Positions 26,001 through 37,080 of a stretch of DNA of 64,000 nt are shown here, one piece after another. This DNA comes from Mobula hypostoma. Taxonomy: Eukaryota. How positions within the stretch are numbered: the first letter of the stretch is position 1; each line of letters begins with the position of its first letter. The notes under the pieces are model-generated. The model ran no database searches. It saw only the letters and a program-made list of their open reading frames with translations, and was not told the origin of the DNA. Position numbers and translations under genes: made by a program. Location of the stretch: NCBI RefSeq assembly GCF_963921235.1, contig NC_086106.1:33728001-33792000 (forward strand), written 5' to 3'.

Positions 26001-27388
26001 TTCAACAGGAATGCTTCTTTTAAATTCCTCCTGCAAAATCAACTCTTTTAATTTATTATACACCCCATTCACATTTTTAGAGCAAACCCATCTCTCAAAA
26101 CACACAGATTTCTCATAGGCAATTTCCACATAAGTTTTTTCCCACAGATTTCTTCAAATTTCTCAATCTTTCTCTATACTCTTCTGGAACCAACTCATAC
26201 GCCTTTCATATATGCTGTTTAACAATATTATAATCCAGTGCTTGCTCAGCATTTAAAGCTGTATAAACTTGTTGTACCTTGTCTTTAATAACACTTTGCA
26301 ACAACACTGGCCATTGCTCTTTCGGCCACTTTCAACTCAGAGCTAGAGTTTCGAAATGCTGGAAATATTTGTCCACTTCAGCTTCATTAAATGGAGGAGC
26401 CAAAATAACGTCACGACTATCAATAAACTGTTTTATAGAACCAGAAGACTGATTCCCGGACTTTAATTTCTCCATCTCTAGCTCAAATTTTCTCTGGTTT
26501 TCAGCTTCTCTTTCTTTAAATTCCCTTATTTTATTTTGCTCTCTTTCTTCAAATTCCCTGTTTTTATTAGCCTGTCTTTCGGCCATTTTCGCTTTAAATC
26601 TTTCAAACTTTAACTGTTCAAGATGTAACTGCATTTCCAGATTACTCTTTGGAAACCTATCAAACACCTCATCCGCAAACAGTTTCTAAGTAATATAATG
26701 CTCAGCGATTTTTCTTTGTATGAAAGCCTTGGTGGAATTCTTCATAATCCCTTTAATATCCAACCTCCTAGCAATGTCCAATACCTCAGGTTTTCTCGCA
26801 TTCACTAAAGACACCGGGTCAGGGGTGTCCATAAACTCATCAATATTCATTGTTGCCGAATAGCACTCACACAGCAATCAAACTGAAAAAAAATCGGGTA
26901 TTTTCCCTTTCCAAATCAGAATAGAAATTACCAGCACTTAAACTCAAAATCGGAACATATCCCGCGAGCCCCCACAGATTATGTTACGTAACCGGCAACA
27001 TTGAATATCCATCGACACATGTTATATAAAAGCAACCAAACATTTATTAAGCACGGATAAACAATAATAAAAAAAGACAAAGGAAAACCTTAACCGGAAG
27101 TTAACCGCTATGCAGCTATTCAACTAATCGTCACTCGGCACTGGTTCTTAAAGCGTTAAATGCGAAAACGGTTCTCAAAGCGGTAAAGTCGGATATTGTT
27201 CTTAAAATGGTAAATTCGAAAGTCCAACAGATTTATACGTTCAATTGGGAGAGACTTCTCTGGAGAAGAATTTCTTCATAGACGCGACTCTCCTGTTGGT
27301 TCTGTCTAAAGGATTCACGATGCAGGAAATGAACTGTTTGAAACAACTGACCTGAAATTCATCACGTGACCTCCAAAAGACTATTACA

Positions 27389-27392
<4 letters not shown>

Positions 27393-27474
<82 letters not shown>
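27393..27474 (+). repeat. Compound microsatellite (TC)19(AC)22 inside the 5' LTR
   Basis: Read directly from the sequence. Confidence 0.97.
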
Positions 27475-27479
<5 letters not shown>

Positions 27480-28446
27480 CACAGATCTCCTTATATGTAA
27501 CAGTGCTAACTGGTGTTCCACAGGGACTGGTACTGAGAGCCTTTGTGTTTCAATATGGCATGACTGTGCATTAGGAGTTAGTGTTCAATTACAAAGTTCA
27601 AGTTTCAAAGTAAATTTATTATAAAAAACATATATCGGCATATACAACTATGAGATTCGTTTCCTTGTGGGCATTCTCAGTAAATCCAAGAAACAACAGA
27701 ATCAATAAAAGATTGCACCCAACAGGATGAACAACCAACTAATGTTTAAAATGGACCAAACTATGCAAATACAAAAGGGAAAAATAAAGAAATTATAATG
27801 ATAAGAGTCCTTGAAAGTGAATCATTGAGTTCTGGGAACGGTTCAATGATGAGATGCGTGAAGTTGAATGAAGCTATACCAATTGGTTCAACAGCCTGAT
27901 GGTTGAGGGATAATAACTGTTCGTGGACCTGTTGGCGTGTGTCCCGAGGCTCCTGTACCTTCTTCCTGATGGCAGCAGCGAGACGAGAGCATGGTCTGGG
28001 AGGTGGGGGTCCCTGATGATGGATGCTGCCTTCTAGCGACAACTCTCCGTGTAGATGTGCTCAATGCTGGGGAGCGTTTGACCCTTGATAGACTGGGTGG
28101 TATCCATTACCTTTCGTAAGGCTTACCTTTGAAGGACGTTGCTGTTTCTGTACCAGGTCCTGATGCAACCAGTCAATATATTTTCTACCGATCTACAAAA
28201 GTTTGTCAAAGTTTTAGATAACATGCCGAATCTTCTCAAACTTCTAAAAAAAAATGGAGGCACCTCAGACTGCCGAAGTGAGAATTTAAAATTATCGGTG
28301 AACATCTCAGCCAGTTGATCATCACAGGTTTTTAACACTCAGCCAGGTGACCCATCTGTGGTCTGTGTGAGTTCGTGAAGGATCATCCATGTTTTGATGG
28401 TCAAGTGAACATAGAATACACTGAGCCCATCCGGGTACTAAGCTTT

Positions 28447-28969
28447 TGTCAGTACCTCCAGTTGAACTTTGTCTTATTGTGCGTTTTCTCCCTAGCCGTC
28501 AGTTTGTGGTTTTGTATTGCCATGTGCTCTTGTTTGTTTTCATGCCCCATGTGTTCCTGTCCCAGCTCCTGCTCTACTCCGGCCCCTGTATTACTGAGTA
28601 CTCCGCCTCTCACCTGTTTCTCTTTATTATCTATTTTGCTGCCACTTCTGTCGCGTTGTGCTGCTCCTGTCATCTGCCTCTCTGTTTATTGCTCAGTGTA
28701 TTTTAGTCCTGTGTTTTCACCTGATTGTTGCCAGACTGTGGCAGTGAATTTTCCTGAGCCTTTCCAGCATTCGTATCTGAACTCTGTCCGTCTGAATATC
28801 GATTCTGCCTGTTTCCCCGATTCTGGTTTTTGGATTTCTTTGGATTTTTTGATCTCTGCCTGAACTTTGACGCCGACTTTGTTTGCATCTCGGGATTTGC
28901 TACTCAATTAACAGTACTGTGTACACAGTACTGGGTCTGAGATTGAATCACTGCTCCAGCGTCCCGACA
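28447..28969. mobile_element. Solo LTR of second family (copy B)
   Basis: TGTCAG...CCGACA termini, flanks GCTTT/GCATT; paralog of 14988-15510. Confidence 0.6.
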
Positions 28970-29281
28970 GCATTGTTATTACAAATGTCGCCTTGTTTTC
29001 TCTTTGTAAGAGGAAATGACATTAAATCCTTGCCACAGTGGTCGAGCATCCTTCCGTGGTTCAAGTTTGGTCCGAAATTGCCACGTTTTGCTGTGAAATG
29101 GCTTTCCGGAGATTGGATCTGAACCTTTTGTATTTTACTTGGTCGCTAGACCTGAATGCCACTGATCTGGCCCTCAGCAGATTGCGGATCTCGTGGTTTC
29201 TACAGGGCTTCTGATTGGGCATAATTGTTTTCAAAAAAACTTGAATGAAGTCCCCGACTATGATTTGTTTGCTTATAGTGG

Positions 29282-29325
<44 letters not shown>

Positions 29326-29338
29326 TGGGGGGGGGGGT
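29282..29338 (+). repeat. (GT)n microsatellite followed by a G-run
   Basis: Read directly from the sequence. Confidence 0.95.
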
Positions 29339-30299
29339 GATTGTGGTGGTAACGGGGCTGTTGGCATTGGTTAATGATTAAATCGTCTCTCTATTGGAGG
29401 TATACAAAAGAAAAAAACACACTTATAAGATAAAGGAAGTAAAAGGGTGAAAGGATTTCAAGGGATCTGGATTGATTTTATCTCTAAGGGAATGCCGATT
29501 GCCTAGAATACAGTGACCAAAGGGAGCGGTGAATCAGAGTCGTTGACAGCATTTAAAATGTATCTGGAGGAGCACAGGAATGATCTCTGGGGCTTTGAGC
29601 CGAGTGCTGGAAAGTGAGATTAATACGGACATGTATTCACTGGTTAGCATGGCCCTGTAACATTGCTTCCCACATTGTCACCAAGCACGACCTTGAAAGA
29701 ACGAACCATGGGTTTGTGCCTGATGGCGGCACTGTTGGAAAACAAACATTACGATTATGTTCCTTCATCTGCCTTCTACAACCGCGAAAACACCAATTTC
29801 CGCCGCGCATCCCCCTTTAGCTTATCTGACCCAGTCCAGAATATTTACCACATCACTCGTCCTATCCTTGAAACCCAGTCAGACATTTTTAAAATTCTTG
29901 TCTCACTTCTCAACTTTCTTTCCGATCTTATCCTTCCGATCTCTGTGAACTCTGACTCTGCCGATCTCCAAACCACGTTCAGTTCCGCGATCATCTCCCA
30001 CTGATCATCCCATACTTTGTCATGTTACAATTATCTTTTAAATGTCGAGGCCGTCCAATTCCTTCAGTGAACGTTGCGCTTTCTTAACATGGCCGCTATC
30101 TTTAAAAAAGCTACCAGATTGCTCTAGCTTGTGTAAATATCTCCGAATGAGTTTCAGTATAAATTGATTCCGATTCTGCGTAACACACTGAACGTAGAAA
30201 ATGGACACAGAACTGAGCAGCCCTTGGCGCAAATGTTGTGCCGATCAATATAAATCCACTGCATGATCGATCCCATAACCCTTCATTTACTTAAGTGGA

Positions 30300-31071
30300 C
30301 AGTATATTCCGCTTAATTAGGACACAGCGGAGCAACTACAGTTTGGCCCAATTGGGTGGCTGCCCCAATTAGGGGAAGTTTCATGGAAATATATTAAAAC
30401 ATCTAAAAAAGACAAACTACGGTTTAAATGAGTAACAAATTATTCAAATGAAATACATAACGAATTAGAGCACTAATAATACTACTACAGTACTATAAAA
30501 TTTTAGTTCGTAGGAATTATAATCGTAGGAATTCATCCACACTGCTCTATTCTTTTGATTGAGTGTGAACATATCAGCGCAGGCACCTCGTGTAGATAAT
30601 GGACTGCCTTAATACAACGCACTCGAAACATTCAAGATAATTGTCGAAACCTTCAAATTCTTAGTATTTTCTAATTGTTGAAGTAGTCAAATTGTTTCAT
30701 TTTCACTTCCGGCCGACTCCACGGCTGAATATTTGAAAACGCAGCGAGCAAAGCATTTCCGAATTGTTTTCCTGCTTACTTCTAACCAGCTAACAGCGAC
30801 AAAAAAACACTGCTTCATGGACACAAAGACACACAACAGACGCTAATAAAAACTGCTCGGTCGAAGCACAATGTTCGCCACACAAGTGTACGCGACTGAC
30901 CCTAGTTAGAAACTTTGGCAACAATCTCGTGTCTCAGTGAACTTGGGTAGTGTGCTAAATAAATGAAGGGAATCCCGGCTGATGTTTTCGAACAGCTTTT
31001 GTTCCTTCAGAATTGTCCCAAATAAGCTGCTGCCGTGATTAAGCAATGGCCCACTTAACCATAATCCACCG
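30300..31071. mobile_element. Degenerate non-autonomous Tc1/pogo (Tigger-like) DNA transposon
   Basis: Imperfect TIRs (CAGTATATTCCGCTTAATTAGGAC vs reverse complement CGGTGGATTATGGTTAAGTGGGCC), TA after the right end, no ORF. Confidence 0.45.
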
Positions 31072-31079
31072 TATGTGCC

Positions 31080-32030
31080 AATCTGAGAGTCTCTAAATGT
31101 TCCTCCTGACCACCATCACAGGCAGAGCTTTCCAGGCACCCATCACTCTCAAAGCAAACATAAAAGCAATCTCTGGCATCTCCCCGAATCTTTACTCAAC
31201 TCCTCTAGTACTGGCCATTGCCTCACTGAGAAATGGGGCTCTCTATGCTTCTCGTAACCGGAAACGCCTCTCATCCACCTTCGCTCCAAAGAGGAAAGCC
31301 CTATATCGCACATGCATGCTCTCCAATCCAGGCTGGATTCTGTTAAATTTCCTCTGCACCCTCTCTAAAGCTTCCACATCCTTCCGATACTGAAGTAAGC
31401 AGAACTAAACTTGCTTTATTATAGAAAAGACGTGGAAGCTTTAAATGTGGTGTAACCAGAGTTTTATAGAGATCCAACACAGCTGTGATTACCTCACAGC
31501 TCCTGAAAAAAATCCTCAACCCAACGTCCATCTGCCATTTTTTCGCCCAGATCTGTATTCTGCCTGTATCTCGTTGTTGCCTACGACAACCTTTTGCACT
31601 AATCACAATACCGCCAATGTTTGTGTCATCTGCAAACTTACTGACGCACCCTTCCACTTCCTCACCCGTCTTCTTTGCAAACATACTAACTCACCGTTCC
31701 ACCTCCTCATCTATATTAAAAAAAACACAAACTGTAGGTGTCACAGACAATCCCTGCGGAACACCACTCGTCACCAACCTCCAGGAAGAATACCCTCTAT
31801 GCTCCACCACGCTCTGACTTCTACCGGAAAGCCAAATCTATTCCGTGCAGCTAAGCTTCCATGGATTCCACGTCTCACGTCTGCCTGGAAAAAGCCTGCC
31901 TCGAGGAATCTTGTCAAATACATTTCTAAAATCCATATACAACACATGCACTTCTCTACCTTCATCGTTTTAGTCATAACCTTCAAACATGCTCGTGAGG
32001 CGCGATTTTCCCCTCATAAAGCCAGCAAGG
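31080..32030 (-). mobile_element. Degraded CR1 ORF2 fragment
   Basis: ORF 31343-31684 'VSKFADDTNIGG...LDLYKTLVTPHL'. Confidence 0.7.
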
Positions 32031-34276
32031 TTTCGTAACTAAAATTCCACCGCATCCTATTGTGACCGAACGAATGAACCATTGCACGAACGTTTTAAAC
32101 TTCACTTCATTCGCTCATGTTATGATTTTGTGACACAAATTATTTTAACCCTGACTTTCATACGACAATATTTGATAATAGTTTCAATGAAAAAACAATC
32201 ATTTTGGTGAATGTATCCAAATATCAAATAGTATATTACGAAGCGCATTGAAACAACAATTTACAAGTGCCACACGTTCACTTTAATTCAAATATGGTTA
32301 AAATTTATTTACGTGTTCTTGATACATTTAAAACATCTGTTTGGAGAATTACTGATTGCATTTAATTGACAACGATAAGCAAACAACTTGATTAAAATTA
32401 TTAACGTACGATTAAGGTAGAATATTTAATTAATTTGTAATAGTCATAATTAAAATTAATTACACTGGTTTAATAATTTCCGTTTTTTTTTGTAACACGG
32501 TAAAATCTCCAGAAGGTTATTTGATTGATCCTTTGCCTCAACAGACGTTGCTTGTCTGAGTTGAATCTTTACCTTATTTCCTTTACTCATCATGCGGATT
32601 TAATTAGCATTGTGGTTCGGTTTTATCAATAGTCAGTGTAGCATTGAAATAGATACAGTATTTAAAAAAAAAGTATTTGTAGGCACATGAATTTTAGACC
32701 GGAATTTTCAATGGTTAAAAAAGCAGTCAATTAGCATTATACTGAAATCTCGTTGTTGACATTCTGACAATAATATGTCAGAGTATTATAATAAAAATTA
32801 TTATAATAAGTACTCCTGTAGGAAAAAGTAAAGCCGGTTCTACTTTGGAGCACAGCATGTTCATTTGGTTGCAACGGACACAAAATGCTGGCAGAACTCA
32901 GCAGGCCAGGCAACATCTATGGACAAGTGTAAACAGACGATGTTTCGGGCAAAGACCATTTATTAGGTCTGGAAAGGAAGGGGGAAAGTTAGAATAAGAG
33001 GCTGAGAAGAGGGGAAGAAGAAGTACAAAATGGCTGGTGATAGGAGACACGGGGACGGGGAAGGTTTCTAGTAAAGAACTGGGAAGTTGATTGGTGAAAG
33101 AGATAAAGGGCTGAGGAAGGGGAAATCTGATAGGAGAGGACAGAGTGCCTTGGGAGAAAGGGAAGATGGATGTGCACTAAAGGGGACTGATTGGCAGGTA
33201 ATTGTTTGCTTTATTTGAGGTCTTGAATATACATTATGTGACTGGGCACCATCCCATGTATTAGCGCCAGAAAAGCTTTGTAATTTATTCGGAACTGCAG
33301 ACACGCAGCGTATGGAATAGCTACTCTCGTGGCAAAGTATCAATAGGCATAATCAGAAGTACTAATCAGTATATTCCTTTGTAGAATTCCTGTCTGAGAG
33401 AATCACTTAAATGGAACAATGCAATTACTTCCAAAATCCAATAGATCTCCTTTAAGTTTTGTTATTCGCGCAATTTCTTTATAATATTTTCACGTGGTTT
33501 GCTAGTTATAATCACGCACCCTCCAACATGATTTTTCTTTTATAAAGGAAGGTAACTGATTAAACTGCTGAACACAGAGAATTATAGTTTGCTTAATTCA
33601 GTAGCCTTTTCTTAGTACAGAACCTTGAGTATAAACATTATTTTGAAATGCAGACAATAGAGAAGATACGAAGAGTCAGTTCGAAACCACCCCTAAGTTT
33701 TCCTTTGTCAGTGAATATGGATAATAGGAGAGGGAGCCGCTCATAAGGTCAGACTAAACTGATAGATTTGTTGAAGTATGAAATTGGAATACCAGATTGC
33801 AAGGTGCATTTAATTCTTTCACATTGGTGGTAGATTGCAATCTTTCACTGCTGGACAATTATTTCACCGCAGTTTATTTTACATTATTCAGAGGAATACA
33901 CTTTGCATTTCATTGCTTTGCAACTGTTCTGTGAAATTCCAACCGAAACCAGTCATTGACATAGCAGAAATCAGAATCAAACTGATAGGATAAAGAGAAA
34001 CAAAACTATAAATTCACACACACAGCATCAATGCTATTATAAATGCAGCGGTCTGATGTTATCATCTACACTAGAGATTCTGCAGATACTGGAAATTCAG
34101 AGCAACATGCAAAATGCTGGAGGAGCTCAGCAGGTCAGGCAGCATCTATGGAGCAGAATAACGATCGACTTTACGGCCCGAGACCTTCATCAGGACGGAC
34201 ACCATTAGTTGGATGTCTTCATTTGACTTCGGGTCCATGCAAACAAAAGCTGAATCTGCGTCTGCGTCAGCATTCT

Positions 34277-34285
34277 CTACTTTAC
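34277..34285 (-). CDS. Candidate IgNAR TM2 exon (Val-Lys-stop)
   Basis: Strong acceptor 'ctctgttcgtgttctctcattacag|GTA AAG TAG'; the last membrane exon of Ig heavy chains typically encodes VK-stop; AATAAA at 33873-33878 (minus). No TM1 partner found, so tentative. Confidence 0.4.
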   Translation of the reverse strand, partial: VK

Positions 34286-35639
34286 CTGTAATGAGAGAAC
34301 ACGAACAGAGAATCCAGTGAACATCCGAGAGAGGCAAACTGTCAAACCGACCGAATGGATCGAAAGAGTACAGTAACAAAATAAAATGTTTTAATATGTT
34401 CCTTGTAAATTGTTGGATTTATTATCAGCTAGAGGCTGCATTTTTACAGGAAAAAGATTGGTCGATGGGCTCGTTTCGTCTCTATGTTTCCACTCAACAA
34501 CTGATCCGTCACATGTCAAATGTGAAGGAGTTGGTGTATTTTACCGTTTGCTACTTATTATGACACCTGGTGCCGCGTGGTGTAATGTCTGTGACTGTTC
34601 ATATTTTCTTTAACCCGCCTCAATGAACTAACACTCTAAAATACACCGTTCACAGCTTTATTATTTCCGTGAGCAAGAACCACTATCTGCGTTAAACACA
34701 AAGAATGAATTTTCCCTTGGCAGGTTTTGAACTGTTGTGTCGTTGGTCAGCACCGCTGGACGTAAAAGGAGGAATATTGCAAAACAAGGCAGCAAGTGAT
34801 CAAGGTGTGTTATGGAGCACTCGGCTTCATTACACAATAGATAGATGTCGAAAAGTATAACGTGCGCCCGAAGGCACTCTTTGAATAATGCCATATTTTT
34901 AGTCTGCAAAATGAAGGACAACTTTTTTTTGCACTGACAATACTGCAAGCGTTTAGTAGTTTCTTCATTGGAATGAATAAATTGCCTCACGAGCAAGAAT
35001 TGAAAGGATTGCAATTACACATAATGGAGTTCAGAATCATGTACGCTGATGTTTTGAAGCAAGTAAAATCGTATTGTGCATGATAAAGATGAATATTGTG
35101 AAAGTTTCCACGCATGAGTGACCTACAACAAAGAGAAACATACACAAAATTAAGTAGGAACTCAGCAGGTTAGACAGCATCTATGGACAGGAATAAATAA
35201 CTGCGGTCCTGAACATCGACTCTACATTCTTCTCCATAAATAATGCCTGACCTGCTGAGTTTGTCTAGCATTTACTGTGTGTTACACTGGATACCATCAT
35301 AAGCAGAATCCTGTGTTTATAATCTGCAGCTAAGGGATACATTTTCTGAATAAAGAGCAATCGTGGACTGAAAAAAAATATTCGAGGATATGTTACAGAG
35401 TACAGATCATAGTGTATATTGGAGATCCCGTATTTGCACCAAGTAGACTGGAAAGCCCAAATGAATCGATAATGAGATCACCTACGATCTCAATGAATGA
35501 CAGTTCGGGGGTTTGATCGGTCCACTCATTTTTCTATATTGTATCTTCCTGTTTTTTTTTATATCGTGACTAACTTATCTGGTCCTATTCCGTTTCTGAG
35601 CCTTCTGGTGAATGTTTCAATATACAATTCTCACAGAGC

Positions 35640-35790
35640 AAGGGCGGCTGTGGTCAAAACAACGCTTTACACTACGAGCGACCAGGGTTCAATTTCTGCC
35701 GCCATCCTATAAGGAAATGTTACGTTCTCCACCTTGACCGCGTGGGTTTCCCTCGTGTCTCCGGTTTTCACCCACACTCCGGTTAGTTGA
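35640..35790 (+). mobile_element. tRNA-derived SINE (V-SINE/HE1-like) fragment; related copies at about 38080-38370 (+), 39540-39780 (-), 45490-45700 (+)
   Basis: Shared core 'gttcaat...tgtacgttctcc...gaccgcgtgggtttcc...ctccggtttc...ccaca'. Confidence 0.6.
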
Positions 35791-36059
35791 TTAATAGATA
35801 GATAGACAGATATATAGACATACTTTATTGATCCCGAGGGAAATTGGGTTTCGTTACAGCTGCACCAACCAAGAATAGATCATAAATATAGCAATAGAAA
35901 AACCACAAACAATCAAACAGCAATATGCAAACTATGCCAGATGCAACGGCTGCAATAAGTGTACCTTTTCTGACGGTGTGAAATAATGTGGTCTTTACGA
36001 TCAGACAATAAGAACAGAAAATGAAGGAAGGAAAGGTATGAAAACAAAGATTGAATTTA

Positions 36060-37080
36060 GAGCACAGAAACGGGCCCTTCAGCCCACTTCGCTCCGGGAG
36101 ACCTACCTATGCTCATCCAACTTTACTCGCATTCGTGCACAGCATTCGACACCTTTTCTAATCAAGTAATTATCCAGATGACTCATATTTTGTTGTTTAA
36201 TGTGCTTCCACTTTCTCAGGAAGTGTTTGCATTTCCACGTTAGCTTGCGCATCATGTTCCATTCAACAGAACATTACAAAAGTTGTAACTATCCACCCCA
36301 ACTATACTAATCATAATTCATGTGATTATGCTTCTCTCAAGCCTGCGCTCGTCCTCCTTCGCTCCAGAAGAACAAGCCATGTCTGTCATTTTTTTCTGAT
36401 AGCTAAAGTTTTTTCGATTCAGTCAAGACGAATGCCCTGTACATTCTGTTCAGCACCATCATGTGAATGTTACAGAATGGTGATGAGAACTGCACAGAAT
36501 ACTCCAATTGCGACCCAGCCACTAGTTCGTAAAGTGTGAACATGGAATTAGAGCTGTTTAATATATTATTGGTCCGCTGAAGAAAGATTCTACATGCCTT
36601 CCATAGTGCACTATCCTCTTGTGATGGCACCTACAGGGCAATTGACTTATACATCAGGGTCTCTCTGCTCATCAAAATTTCGTAGTCTCCTATCACGTAC
36701 AGTGTATGCTCTAATCTTGGAGTATTTGACTTTTCAAGAGACATGACTTCATTTGTGACAGGACTAACTTGCTTCTGACAATGTTCTGATCAGCTCTGCC
36801 ACTTATCCTGCTGGATCCATTGATAAACTTTTGCACCATTTATGGCACCAGCGGTTTTAGTGTCATCGGCAAACTTACTAGTAAGACCTTCCACATTCAA
36901 ATTCAAGACATTAGTAAATATCACAGTCAGCAATGATCCCAGCGGTGAACATTGCGATGCACCACTGTATACACACATCTAATCGGAAAAGCATCACCCA
37001 TCACTAAGTTTTACCTACTGTGTTCAAGCCAATGTTTGATCCAATTTTCCCGTTTGCTTTGGATCCTATGCGCTTTAACT
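36060..37080 (-). mobile_element. Degraded CR1 3' fragment
   Basis: 'SKFADDTKTAG' (36790-36978), 'QLEYSVQFSSP' (36403-36630), CR1-type 3' UTR. Confidence 0.65.

Larger units (their letters stand above)
21125..27502 (-). mobile_element. Gmr1-like Gypsy LTR retrotransposon (gag-PR-IN-RT-RH), degenerate, two LTRs, 4-bp TSD GTGC
   Basis: LTRs 26982-27502 (5') and 21125-22012 (3'); TSD GTGC at 21121-21124 and 27503-27506; PBS resembling tRNA-Pro (TGGGGGCTCG-CGGGAT, 26959-26974); polypurine tract GGAGGGAGG abutting the 3' LTR; zinc knuckle CNYCKKPGHAVANC (about 25740-25785); protease LRDTGASQ (about 25510-25540); integrase HHCC region (24607-24825); RT 'HPYRMN...SNWSSPCV', 'YIDD'; RNase H end 'KGKDSVITDCLSR*'. 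Confidence 0.92.
21028..30290 (+). repeat. Segmental duplication copy B (contains the full provirus)
   Basis: Same left and right flanks as copy A (13066-17100). Confidence 0.92.
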
